Source: Rhizodiscina lignyota
Taxonomy: Eukaryota
Direction of reading: 5' to 3'
Length of the DNA: 64,000 bases
Assembly: GCA_010015805.1 (NCBI GenBank)
Contig: ML978124.1
Location: 434,001-498,000, forward strand
A program made the position numbers and the translations under genes. The notes below the pieces were generated by a model. The model saw only the letters and a list, made by a program, of their open reading frames with translations. It was not told the origin of the DNA and did no database searches. This document shows, one piece after another, positions 51,012-62,908 of the stretch (the stretch's first letter is position 1; each line of letters starts with the position of its first letter).

Positions 51012-52385
51012 TTAGGCGAAGTAAAACTGCAACAACAGCAAAAGTAGCAGCACGACCGCCATAGCCAACATGAAGGCTATCACGAACAATTTTCCCACCA
51101 GTCCGCGGTCCTGGGTATAAGCGCGACGTGCACGCTTAACCTCCCTGTCCGCTTCCCCTCTAACCTCCTCAAGTCGCCTCTTGTTTCCGGCAGCGCGGAG
51201 GTTCGAACCGCGAAGTAATTGCGACTGGTCCCGCTGAGCCCAAGCAATGTCCTCCTCCTGCTGTTTCGACAGACGGTCCATTTGCGCAAGTTCAGACTGA
51301 AACGCCGCCAGCTGCTGCTCGTGCTGTCTGTTCAGGTTCATAACCCGCGTGCGGTGCTCATCCTTTGCTTCGCGAAGTCGATCATGTAGTTCTTCCAATT
51401 GACTTCCCATGCCCTGCAATTGGCGCTCATAGGCAGCTCCAATCTCCTCACTCTTTGCTGCTCCTTGTTTGCGCTCCTCTTGGACCATTTGCATGCACAT
51501 CCCGTGCTGGATATCCATCGGCGGGGTGTCATGGTTGTGAGTGCGGGGTGCAACATTGCTGGGTGATCCGAAAGTATGAACCGCGGCAGAGGAACTTGTA
51601 GATTCCGAAGGACTCGGAGTCACGGGCGGTAGGAATCGATATGGCGTGTTGTTATTGCTGACTTCGAATTCGGGCAACTTTAAGCAGTTTGCGCACAGCG
51701 GGAGCTGCTCCCATATGAGACCGCGAACTTTCTGCCGCTGGTCTTCGTTGAGATACTTCCCCACATATCGTAGAAGGTCGTGTTTGTGCATGTGAAGCAC
51801 CATGTCGACGTAAGACTGCTTCTGAAGCTGCTGAGGTCCCTTCCTGAAAGGATGCCTCAGGTAGCTGAAATGAACGCGATGAGAACTGAAGACCTGCACC
51901 ATGTCGACGTAAGATTGCTTCTGAAGCTGCTGAGGTCTCTTGGAAGGATGCCTCAAATGAATGCGATGAGGATTAAAGACCTTTACCCAGGCATTTTTCT
52001 TCATGTCGAAGTTCGGATTCTCGAAGTAGAGACGTGGTTGTCTCACTTTCTCGGATACTGTGGCTGGATACAGCGGCAGGTACCCATAGGGGTCGGGAGG
52101 TCCCACGCTGTTTAGACCACTTCTGGTGAGGGCTGTTGTACAGAGTATCGTAACGCGTCCAGAAACATAGTCAATATCGAACACGATGAAAGGATGGTCA
52201 AAGACCCCGAACTCAACTTCGCTGAACTGGCGAGATTGAGAATTCCTGATTGCTTGAGCCGAAGCTTCTTTATGAGTCGGAAGCCACACGTAAGAGCCGC
52301 GAGTGATCGATTGTAAGTCGACCCTCTCGTTACTCCAAGACGGCAACCGCATCATCTTGCGTGCGAGGTCCACAGCACTATCCAT
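51012..52385 (-). CDS. Uncharacterised protein: putative PemK/MazF-like domain (paralog B) + coiled coil + C-terminal TM anchor
   Basis: Intronless 457-aa ORF: RGSYVWLP...GVFDHPFIVFD...VTILCTT...YLPLYPA...AWVK; E/Q/R-rich heptads; terminal LFVIAFMLAMAVVLLLLLLQF. Confidence 0.7.
   Translation of the reverse strand: MDSAVDLARKMMRLPSWSNERVDLQSITRGSYVWLPTHKEASAQAIRNSQSRQFSEVEFGVFDHPFIVFDIDYVSGRVTILCTTALTRSGLNSVGPPDPYGYLPLYPATVSEKVRQPRLYFENPNFDMKKNAWVKVFNPHRIHLRHPSKRPQQLQKQSYVDMVQVFSSHRVHFSYLRHPFRKGPQQLQKQSYVDMVLHMHKHDLLRYVGKYLNEDQRQKVRGLIWEQLPLCANCLKLPEFEVSNNNTPYRFLPPVTPSPSESTSSSAAVHTFGSPSNVAPRTHNHDTPPMDIQHGMCMQMVQEERKQGAAKSEEIGAAYERQLQGMGSQLEELHDRLREAKDEHRTRVMNLNRQHEQQLAAFQSELAQMDRLSKQQEEDIAWAQRDQSQLLRGSNLRAAGNKRRLEEVRGEADREVKRARRAYTQDRGLVGKLFVIAFMLAMAVVLLLLLLLQFYFA
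51797..51982 (-). repeat. In-frame internal tandem duplication (99-bp and 87-bp copies)
   Basis: gcaccatgtcgacgtaaga(c/t)tgcttctgaagctgctgaggtc at 51797 and 51896. Protein: KVFNPHRIHLRHPSKRPQQLQKQSYVDMV / QVFSSHRVHFSYLRHPFRKGPQQLQKQSYVDMV. Confidence 0.92.
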
Positions 52386-54097
52386 TGACGGCAGTATTTA
52401 ACGCATAGCGAATGACTGTGTGAAAGGAAAGAAAGGAGTGTGGTGTACAACGGATGGAGGCTGAAGAAGAAGGAAGGGAATTTATAGTTGTGTGCGCGCG
52501 GAGCCATAACAAACATTAATACTCCGGGATCGGAGAGAGATCGAGTCACAGTGTGTGTTGCAACGCGTCGGCGCGCCAACGCGCTAGAAGTGAATTGAAG
52601 TACTCCCTCTCACCTCTTTCTTGAAGCATGAGCCTCATCACTCCCCATACCTTAACAATGCATTACAGCCTACGCAATAACATTGCCCTCTGATGAGAGC
52701 AGTAAGACTGATAGCCGTGCGTTCATCATTCTGCTTGGTGCTCCGAAATTATTCCAGACGTTCACCAGCTGCACTGAAACCCAAGCTCGTTTTCGCACGT
52801 ATATATATCAGTGCCTCCGCATCATTTAAGAGACACAATCCAGGTGATCGCCTTCGCTCTCAGAACTCGTAGATCGATATATACGAACACGTTCGCAATA
52901 GAAGCGGGCCAACTACGCTTCGATACGCCAATTGAGAGGGCCATTATTTTCCTTCAGCACAAATCTGCTCAAAACAGTGCATGAGAAGGCCTTTTTTCCA
53001 GTATATGGACTCAGTTCTGATGCTTCCAGCTCTTCTGACCAATCTTTCAAATTCATAGGCGCGTGAGAACATCTGAAGTTCTCCCTCAGACTGGAAGAAG
53101 AGCCTCATAAGGTATGCTGTATACTTCTCGCAAGCTCAACTCGGTAGCACAACTTCTACGAGGTCTGCATCATCCCCGAAATCGACCCCAAGTGGAAAGA
53201 GATTCGTATGTCGACTTGGCGTTGGCAATGGCCAAGGAGCAATGCCTGGGACGAGTCGTGGAAAATCAGCGTCCTTGATAAGTATCCTATCTTACGCCCA
53301 GCTTTCGGAGACGACCGAAGATAAATGAACAACAGTGCGGCCAGGCACGCGACGCTTGGCATCAGTGCAAGATGACAGTTCTTCTCGACAACAGCAAATC
53401 TGATATGCGCCCGCCACATACGGAGCTGACGGCTCAATTAGGAGGGTGGAAAAGTCTCCGCTGTGCACGGCCACCAGCCTTCCACTCCGGGGCTCCTTCA
53501 TGAACTTCTCGGCGCGGGAGTCGAAATGCAATTGATTGGGCTGCCCGCTTGAACGCCACGGCTTCCATGCTCGCACATCATCTAGATAAGGCGAGTGTAT
53601 CCTTATCATGCCCAGGATGACAGGGAACGGGGCCTGAGTCGCCCTCAAAACGTCTTGGAGGTTACATGGTGCGTCTGACAGCAGGGTCGGAATTCTAGAA
53701 AGACATTGCGCGACTCTAGGGATGCTCTCGAATCATGAGCAGCTTCTGCAGTTGGTAAATGCGGCTCGTAGAGGGCCAGCAAATCAGACGACACATTGCG
53801 TAGTTCAAAACCCCCGGCGGCGACTCCGCACTTCACTCGTTATGGCAGCTCGCCGGACCATCAACTTTTGCCAACCGTCCTCCGCTGCTTGGCTGACAAG
53901 CTTCTGCAGTTGCGTGCGGGATACCGCAGGTCATCGAGACGATCTTCGGTCATTCGGTGCGCGAGGCAAATCGCATCTGCGGCCATGTATATCAGTTCGC
54001 ATGGATCGCGTTTGGTCGCTCGAAGGCGACTGCGACCTCGAGGTATTCGACCTCCAATTCAACGCGAGCAGCATCTGCCGCTTTCAACAGCGCGGCA

Positions 54098-56234
54098 ATG
54101 GATACGCAACACAATTTCTCGTCCCAGACGGACGTCGTGAGGAACAACGACCCAGCCCTCGATATCGCACACGAGCACCACCACGAGCATCTACATCACT
54201 CAGCAGCTGCTGAGAAAGGCAGGGAAGATGAGGTAGTCTACTCAATTGGCACAACGGGGGAAAAGAGCAATATTCCAGATGCTGATCCTATGGATCACGC
54301 TCTGCACGACAGACACCATCCTGAGCGCCAGCACGGCATTGATAAGAAGAATGATCTAGGGATCGATTATGATGCCACTGAGAAGGGATATGGATCAGAA
54401 GGCCAGAGTGGTGAGGGTGAAGCTGCTCGTGGGCGCGGTTGGAAGAGATTCTATCGCCACTACAAGCTGTTCATCCATATTGCCATCGTTGTCGTCTTCA
54501 CGGGGTCAGGCTTACTCAATTGTGGTGTCTGAAAAGCAGAGCTAAATCTTGAACAGATGGTGGATAGCAGGTCTTGTCCTCCACCGCCCAGGCACCTCTC
54601 AGCCAAAGAACTGGATCATTCCCTTCCTCCTTTGGCTCGCCATTACTCTTCGCATCATATTCTTCTACGTTCCAATAACTGTTGTTACGAAACCCATGCA
54701 TTGGGTATGGAACCACGTCTCGGATCCGGTCGTATCACGCATCCCACAAAGACTCCGCCTCCCGCTTGGCGGAGCTATCTGCGTGGCAGTCATTCTTGTT
54801 GGATCCTTTGCGAGCAAGGAGAGCCAGGGTAATACCAGAGCAAACCGTGCGGTTAGCCTGTTCGGCCTGCTTGTATTCATAGTCGTTCTCTGGGCTACAT
54901 CGCGAAATCGGAAAAAGATCGCTTGGCACACAGTCATTGTCGGCATGCTGGTGCAATTCATTGTAGCTCTGTTCGTTCTCAGGACCAAGGCTGGATAGTA
55001 AGTATCCATTTCGCCTTCTTTCTCCGATGTGGGCCATCGCTAACCGCGTCGAATAGCGACATCTTCACTTTCGTGTCAGAACTTGCCCGTGACCTCCTTG
55101 GCTTTGCCAACAACGGCGTTATCTTCCTTACGGATAGTTCCGTTCCTAATCTTCCGTGGTTCTTCACAGGTGTCATACCCCCTATCATATTCTTCGTCTC
55201 GTTTGTACAGCTCCTCTACTACTGGGGAATTCTACAATGGTTCATCGGAAAGTTCGCCGTCTTCTTCTTCTGGTCAATGCGCGTCTCTGGCGCTGAAGCC
55301 GTCGTGGCCGCTGCGTCACCCTTCATTGGACAGGGCGAGAATGCGATGCTCATCCGGCCTTTCGTGCCCCACTTGACCCAGGCAGAGCTACATCAAGTTA
55401 TGTGCTCGGGTTTTGCTACTATTGCTGGCTCTGTCTTGGTCGGTTATATCAAGTTGGGAGTAAATCCCCAGGCGCTTATCAGCTCTTGCATCATGTCAAT
55501 CCCCGCTTCTCTGGCAGTCTCGAAGCTCCGATATCCAGAAGAAGAGGAAACTCTTACAGCTGGACGCGTCGTCATCCCTGACGATGATGAGCATCGCGCT
55601 GCCAATGCTCTTCACGCATTCGCAAATGGCGCGTGGCTAGGCCTCAAGATTGCGGGTATGATTGTTGCAACACTTCTCTGCATTATCGCTCTTCTCGGAC
55701 TCGTCGATGGATTGCTTACATGGTGGGGCCGCTACCTAAACCTTACGGGTAACTACGACTTGACGCTCGAGTTGATCCTCGGATATGTTTGCTATCCGAT
55801 TGCTTTCCTACTCGGCGTCAGCCGCGAAGGCGACGACCTGCTCCTCGTCGGCCGTCTCATTGGCATCAAAGTTATTGCGGTATGTTTCTCCAGGATTCAG
55901 AAAATTCCCAATACACCTACTGACATATTCTCAGAACGAGTTCGTCGCATACAGTACCCTCACTGACACCACTGCACCGCGGTTCGCCGAGACGTATGGG
56001 TCTCTCACCCCTCGATCCCGCCTTATTGCTACATACGCCCTGTGTGGCTTCGGCAACATTGGTTCTCTTGGCACTCAGATTGGTGTCTTGTCGCAGATCG
56101 CTCCTGGAAGAAGTGGTGATGTTTCGCGATTAGCTCTGTCTGCTCTCGTTTCGGGTATCATTAGTACATTGACCAGCGCCGCAATTGCCGGTATGTTGGT
56201 TACAGACCAGGCTGCCTTTATCAATCCCGCATAG
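54098..56234 (+). CDS. Concentrative nucleoside transporter (CNT/SLC28)
   Basis: RAVSLFGL...WATSRNRKKIAWHTVIVGML, AAASPFIGQGE, ELHQVMCSGFATIAGS, SCIMSIPASLAVSKLRYPE, NEFVAY, YALCGFGNIGSLG. Three introns. Confidence 0.95.
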
Positions 56235-56882
56235 CGATATCGAGAATTCATGAATATTACAGAGCAATTGAGGAAGTTGAAACAGTGTACTACGCCCTGC
56301 GTAATCAGTTGTCGTTTTCTGTAGCGAGAGATAAAAATTTATAATAACAAACGCAAACAGTTCCTACAGTTCAGCGAATTCTAACATATCCAGAGCTTTC
56401 GTGAATTGCGTTTCTTCATGTATATTTGTACATCTATCAAGCGCTTGCTCTATGGTCTACTTTACTCGAACAAAGGGACCAACAGCTGATTGTTTCGCTC
56501 ACTATACTGCGTAGAGGCCGACTGGTTCCACACCGGAAACTCTGAGATCCAACGCTATGCTTCAGATCCCGATACAAGCCGAACTTCGCATCGCCCGGCC
56601 ACGTTTCAAAATTCGTTGAATGACAGCGCGCATTGGATACTGTCAAGACAGCCATAAACCAAGAGGCTCGTCGAAAAGTCGCTCGAGATTTGGATATATG
56701 AGCTTCAAATGTCATCTTTCAGCGTCCGAGTCCGGGCCTGGGCTCGTGACATGCAAGTTGCTGAAGTACTTGACGCGTTCACCCACGACGCCTCCGCGGT
56801 GCAGGTCAACAAGAGTTGGGCTCAAGGCTGGCATCTTGCGCGCCGCTGCCCCCGTCTCTGAGCTAGCAGCAGCAGGAATAAG

Positions 56883-59406
56883 TCACTGCTCCTCTCTTCC
56901 CTCTTGCGCATCCACATAACTCGGTGGTGCCAACTCCTCGCCGCCCTTAACCCACACCTTTGCAAGCTCTTCCTCGATCTCTTGCCTGCGCGTCTTCCAT
57001 TCCTCCACCTTTGCCAAGCGCTCGCGCAGTTCTGCGAGCTCCTTTTCGACGCTCTGTTTCTCCGTCTCGGTGCCTATGCGCTGGAACTCCCAGGATTCGC
57101 CCTCATCGCCGATGCCGAGGGTTAGGGTAAACGTATGATAGCGCTTTAGAGATGCGCGTGTGGAGATGGTTATTAGTGCTACTATTGTATTAGTGAAGAG
57201 CATTTGTTATGGAACTTGAGAGGATGATAGGGGACGTACTGATGCCCCGAGCCTTCGCACGCTCGTAGAGAAGGCCCTCCACATCTGAGGACACGGCGGA
57301 CGTCCCTTCATCGATGAAAGCATACCGCGGCTCGTGATACAGTAGTCGTGCAATCCCCATGCGCTGCTTCTCGCCACCGGATAGAACATCTTTCCAATCC
57401 TTGCGGGTATCCCAGCCACCTTCACGATCGGGCAAATAACCCAGTCTCGCATCTTCTAAAACTTGGCTGAGCTCCAAGTCTCTCCTCTGTGCATCCCTCA
57501 TGTCCATCTCCGTATGAGGATAAATAACTTGGTCCCTGAGCGTACCAGTTGAGAGATATGGCCGTTGCGGAAGGAACATGATTCCATCCATACCAATACT
57601 TCTCGGTCGTGAGACCAGTCCACGATACGTAGGCCAGAGACCCGCGACAATACGTGCCACAGCGGATTTACCAACGCCATTTGGCCCTGTGATTAGCAGA
57701 TGCTCTCCACTGTGTACAATAAACGAGAGCTCATCGATCAACTCCTCGCCGCCCATTGGATATAAGGCAGGTGCAACAACAGGCACGTTCTCGAGACGTA
57801 CGCCATCGAAGCCTTTATGGATAGTGCCTTGGACGTCTGCTAAGCTGAACAGCTCGGGATGAGTCGAAGGAGATGGAAAGTATGCATCAGCGTGAACACG
57901 ATGCAGGGTTGAGATGAGGGTATACACTCGTGACGTGTAGCCCGCGAGCTCGGCGAGGTCCTTGATGGAGTACATCATCCTTCCGCCAGCATCAGCGAGA
58001 GACAGCATAAGCCGCTTGTTTGTGATGAATTCTTTCATTCTGCTTCGTTCTCTCCCGCCGTTGCTTTCCCCGGGTGTCGTAGCAGACGTGCCATCCGAAA
58101 GCTCGGAAAGGCCACCGAGACCGCCCCATGCCGGGAGAAAGATAGGTAACGATGTGATGAGATATCCAAACGCAGACCAGGAGTATTTCAAAATAAAGTC
58201 CTCGAGCATATTATACCGAATCTTGAGAGAGTATATGCCTTCCATCCACTTCCTCAAATCCCGGAAGCCTTTATCCAAGAACTGCTTCTCCATGCTCTCG
58301 CCACCATAGAAAGCAACTTCTTCCGCATTTGCTATGAGTCTCGAGTGTAAAGCGCGGAAGTCACCTTCTCTTCGCCCTTCAACAGCTTTTAGCTTTCCGA
58401 ACGGTGGAGATAAGCGTCGGAGGAGTGTGGCGGTGAGAAAGTAGTTCGAGAACAGTCCAGTGAAGGCGAGGGGACCGAGCGAGCGGAAGAGTTGGTAGTT
58501 GAAGACGCATAGATCCACGAAGGGCTTGCCGAGTGAGGAGTAGAGCGATGCAGCGGAGGTGCAAAATAGGGTGAGATCTTGGGTTATGAATTGGTCGGCT
58601 TGTGTTCCAACCCCTCCGTCTAAGTTGAGTAGCTTGTAAAAGTTCAGATGGTCATTGAGGTAGAGGTCGTGGATGTAGCGAGTCAGTCGAGTGCGGAATG
58701 CTATGCTGACTTTCGACTGGAGGAACTTGATCATGGCGTTGGTGTAGGACGCGAAGCAGCCAACACCACACCACTTCGTGATACCCCAAAGGAAGGCCTT
58801 TCCATTGCCCGCGACAAGATCTCGAACGATTTCACCGTCGAGGCGCGCAACGACGAGGGAGAGGTAGGTGCGCAGCATCAGGAAGACAGCATGGGAGATG
58901 ATCAGACCGGTTTCTTTCGATCGCCATCGCGGTACCATAATATTTAGAAGCGAAAGGAACTGGTGTAGGAATGCGAGATTCAGACCAGGCTTGGTCTGAG
59001 GTGGTGGGACTTGGGGCGTAAAGCCATCGCTGAGCCCGGCAGCTCGTGGTGGCTGCAGGAACAGTCGTCTATGTGCATCGAATGTTGTCGGCTTCGTAGG
59101 ACGTATCCTCACTTTCGCTGTCGAGTCCTTATACGGCACATATATGATTCTCGTCCCGTCTCTTGCTCTCAGCCCCGAATTCTTGCGCACCAGCGCCCTC
59201 CCTTGTTCCTTGTCCGCCCTGCGTATCCGCCACCAATTGTAGCCGCCGTAGGTGGAGGATATAATCGAAATGAGAAGCGCGAGGGTCGCTAGGAGGCGCA
59301 TTGTCCGTGAAGTCTGTCGCACCCGACGCCGAATGCGATCTGCATACGCATGGTAGAGCGCTACGAGCGGGTCATCGCTCGAGCGAAGGGTAGACTGTGC
59401 GGCCAT
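56883..59406 (-). CDS. PXA1: Peroxisomal half ABC transporter (ABCD), Pxa1-type
   Basis: LRTYLSLVVARLDGEIVRDLV, EGDFRALHSRLIANAEEVAFYGG, Walker A GPNGVGKS, LSGGEKQR signature, FIDEGTSAVS. One intron near 57180-57238. Confidence 0.92.
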
Positions 59407-59815
59407 TGTCGCGGATGAGGTTCCAGTTGTTCAGGTCATTATTGGAGAGATGTTTGCGTTTTCAGCCACTGCTGGTCGGATAGCAGCGGCGAATGCAACG
59501 TAGAGACGAGATGTGATGTTGAAAGGTGCCATTGGCATGTGAGCATCACAGCTCCATCGCCGTCATTGGGCGGAGCCGAGGCATGTGATGATATGGTTCG
59601 GAGTTTTAATTCACCGAATTTCGTAGACTTGCAATTTTCCAGCTAGGCTTGAAGTAAGATACATATGTATTATCCTGTTTAAACTTAAAGTCCTGCCCAG
59701 ATGGTATGTAAAGCGGCCTCCCCCTTTTGAACAAAATGCATGCTTTGTCGCGATGCCCAATATGTAGCTGGCATATCAATCAGAGTGGGAGACGCAAAAG
59801 AGCAAAGATGACCGA

Positions 59816-60607
59816 TTGAATGATATCGCGGCAGCAAAGCTTAATATCCGCATTATATGGGCTCTGATTCGCCTGCTGATTCACAACCGGTATGATCATC
59901 TAGCACAGGTGATCTGGAGTCATGAAAGCGACATGTGCTTAATATACAAGGCCGAAGCTGCTCCTCCAGGATCGGAAGCGAAGGGAGATGAAGGCACCGA
60001 TCCAATCGCAGATGTGCCTCGGGATCTGAGAGCACTGGTCGATATAGAATCACACCAGGCCATCTTCCGGCAGGAGCCTCAAGTGCAGAACGAGCGCGAC
60101 TTTGTCACAAAGCTGACTCCAAAGCACCCGACACCAGACGAAGCTAACGTCAAACGATTCTGGTTAGCGGAAACCGTCATGACGGGCAAAATGACCTGTG
60201 GAAGACAGCTCAATGTCGGCGTCGCGCTTCCACTACCACAAGCATTCACCGCATTCAACGCGTTAGGAGGCAAGTTGAATCTCACGCAGGGCTAGAACCC
60301 GCCCATCAACCAGAGTAGTGTAGCTGAGCTTGCGGAGGAAGAGAAGGTTCCGGGCACAGAGACGCCGAAATCAAAATACACCGGCGCATTTGAGTCGGAG
60401 TGGACATTCAGGAAGTGCATTTTCACTCCAAGCGTCCAGTATCGACCGGATCCTCGACAGACACTGCATACATGGCGGCCATTGCACTGGGTAGCGAACC
60501 GTCTTTTCAAAGGATCCACGCCTGACTTCTGGAAAGTCGAAGGAGGAGAAATGACGCGAGATTATGCTAACCCGACGGGCATGCTGTCGAACTGCATCAT
60601 CTATTGA
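59816..60607 (+). pseudogene. Possible pseudogene: ~260-codon frame with one internal TAG
   Basis: ORF 59816-60295 continues in the same frame for 103 codons past TAG 60293-60295 to TGA 60605-60607. Family not recognised. Confidence 0.3.
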
Positions 60608-61939
60608 GGTCGAAAATGAAAAAGGCTGTGAAAATAGTAGCGCCAATTGAATGCTGAGTCCTCGACTGTCTAGGAGGACGATGAATGCCTGCGTTGGTGA
60701 GATGCAGGAAACGGAGAGGTTTCTCTTCTGGGGAGCGATGTGTGTCCTAGATTTCCATAGTGCGAGTACGATAATTAAATATGGCATTCCGGCTCCTCAA
60801 TGAAATGGCAGGTCGAATGGAACCATAGCTCATTTTTCAGCTGTGAATAATACTCATCCAGCCATCATGGAGCCAACTGGTTTCAACTCCTTGATAGAGT
60901 GGTTGCATGATGCAAGGAAATCGCTTGTGTCGCATTGGGCTGCCTGCAGATGACGCATGTCTCTCCACGTCCGCTTACATGAAGTGTGCATCAATTTGAC
61001 TTTGCATTTGAAATATCAAAAGTTGGAGTACGATCTTCGTCGTCTGATTCATGCCAGCTGATGTCAAACTGTTGGCCAATGGCGGATCAACTCGAAAAGG
61101 AGATGAAAAGAGACGACTGAAGGCCACTTATCTAGCATCTTCTACAAACTTGGAAGAGACGTTCCTAGCTTAACCCAATACATATGTGGAGCAAGCGGTA
61201 TCAGAGCAACAGCATGTGTGGCATAGCCACGCGGAACGCCGAAGGGCGAAGGTATGACGAGGTCACAGGCGATCAGACCTCGGAGAGGCCAAGCGATTGT
61301 CGAATCGATATTTGCGCACGCACGGGCCATTTGCAAACAATGGAGCTGCCGTTTGTCGAGATAAAGAAATTCACAATGTGTGTTGATTGTTGCATAGGGA
61401 GAGCGACGAACACGCCGCGGCTGAGGAAAGCGAGAGGCATGCGTTGGGGAATGTTTCGAATAGCACAGCTGTCATGTCGCCTGTGGTGTAGCAATTTAAA
61501 TTTAGGGCCCAGGGTGATGCATGGGGCGTGACGGCAGCACGCGAACGCAGTGATAATTGGGCCGTTTGGCGGCGAGACTGGCACTCGGCTTTTCCTTTGT
61601 GGGTCTTTTCACGCCCCTGCAAAAGCCCTCACCTCAGGTCGCGGGTAAAGGCCTTGGTAGCGCTGCACCTCACATAATCCTGCATCCCCAAAACTCTTCC
61701 TCTCCCGTTTGCTTTGCTCTTCTCGTACATACTCATTCACGCCTTTGTCTGTCTGTCGTTTATTAACAGCCTTCAAGCTCCTTTCTAGCCTTCGTTCGTG
61801 TGCTGCCTATTCCGATCGTTCCCCCCTGACCCCCCCACGCCTCCTGAATCGACACGCAAGCCAGCCTGCGATATCTGCCCCGACTGGGCGCTCGTGACAA
61901 CTCGCCAACCTTTGTCTCTTTGTCTCACACACATCCACA

Positions 61940-62908
61940 ATGCGTTTGTCGATATGGAGAGCACGTCTAGTGCTCCTGCTGTTCGTTCTGGCCGCCATCG
62001 CCATGGCTGAGGATGACGAGTTCAAAAAGATGGGCAAACGGCAAGATTCTGTAAACTTGTCAACCGGTGCCTCTTCAGCGACTTCGAGCAGCGACAGCGC
62101 ATCCAGTTCTTCGGCAACCGACTCTCCAACCTCTTCCTCGGACCCGCCATCCTCATCTTCGCCAACTCCGAGCTCGTCAGACTCGTCAGACTCGTCAACC
62201 CCCACATCGAACTCTCCATCGCCTACACCAACCGCCTCGAGCACTCCTCCGGCGGACAGTGCAAGCTCTACGCCTCCACCAGCATCTTCGTCGAGTGCAA
62301 ACACTCCAAGCAGCGCATCTTCCACCCCCGGTTCCTCTTCTGATGATAGTTCGTCATCGCAAACTCCATCGGCATCAGACTCGAAATCTTCAACGCCAGG
62401 CTCAGCAAGTGCCTCGCCGACGCAGTCTTCTTCCTCCACGAGCCGCGTCACCAAGGCTACGACTATAACCAAGGCCCTAATCGGCAGTTCAACCTCAGTT
62501 GGCGTTTCGACTGTTCCCACCACTGTCAACGGGCAAGCAACCTCTGTCGCCGTGACACACAGCCGTGTTGTCTCGTCAACTACCGGTTTCGCAACTTCCA
62601 CACTCACGCCTAGTCTCAACGATGCTTCCAGCGGCAACTCTAGCTCAGGCCTGTCCGACAACTCGAAGAAGATCATTGGTGGCGTCGTTGGTGGTGTCGG
62701 GGGCTTGATCCTGCTTGGCGGTATCGCAATCGTCGTCTGGAGAATCTACGGCAAGAAGAAGCACCACGATGACGACGACGATGATGAGCTCACCTCTGAT
62801 GGTTCAATCAGAAGGGAGAAGAGGCGGGCAAGCAGCATGCCGTTCCAATCAAACTTGGAGCAGTATCACGCCCCATCCGGAAGAGTGAACGCTGCCTCTA
62901 ACTTCTAA
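61940..62908 (+). CDS. Mid2/Mtl1-like cell-wall stress sensor (type I membrane, Ser/Thr-rich)
   Basis: Signal peptide, KR site, long Ser/Thr tract, TM KKIIGGVVGGVGGLILLGGIAIVVWRI, tail PFQSNLEQYH...NAASNF. Confidence 0.88.
   Translation: MRLSIWRARLVLLLFVLAAIAMAEDDEFKKMGKRQDSVNLSTGASSATSSSDSASSSSATDSPTSSSDPPSSSSPTPSSSDSSDSSTPTSNSPSPTPTASSTPPADSASSTPPPASSSSANTPSSASSTPGSSSDDSSSSQTPSASDSKSSTPGSASASPTQSSSSTSRVTKATTITKALIGSSTSVGVSTVPTTVNGQATSVAVTHSRVVSSTTGFATSTLTPSLNDASSGNSSSGLSDNSKKIIGGVVGGVGGLILLGGIAIVVWRIYGKKKHHDDDDDDELTSDGSIRREKRRASSMPFQSNLEQYHAPSGRVNAASNF

Noticed and set aside
10613..59406. Lipid-metabolism or secondary-metabolite cluster (PAF-AH, carboxylesterase, CYP505, Pxa1)
   Set aside because: The genes are spread over ~50 kb among unrelated housekeeping genes, with no PKS, NRPS or terpene synthase backbone.
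60292..60519. CxxC...HxxxH pattern on the minus strand (CSVC...HFLNVH)
   Set aside because: Non-ATG short ORF antisense to the longer plus-strand frame; no other zinc-finger support.
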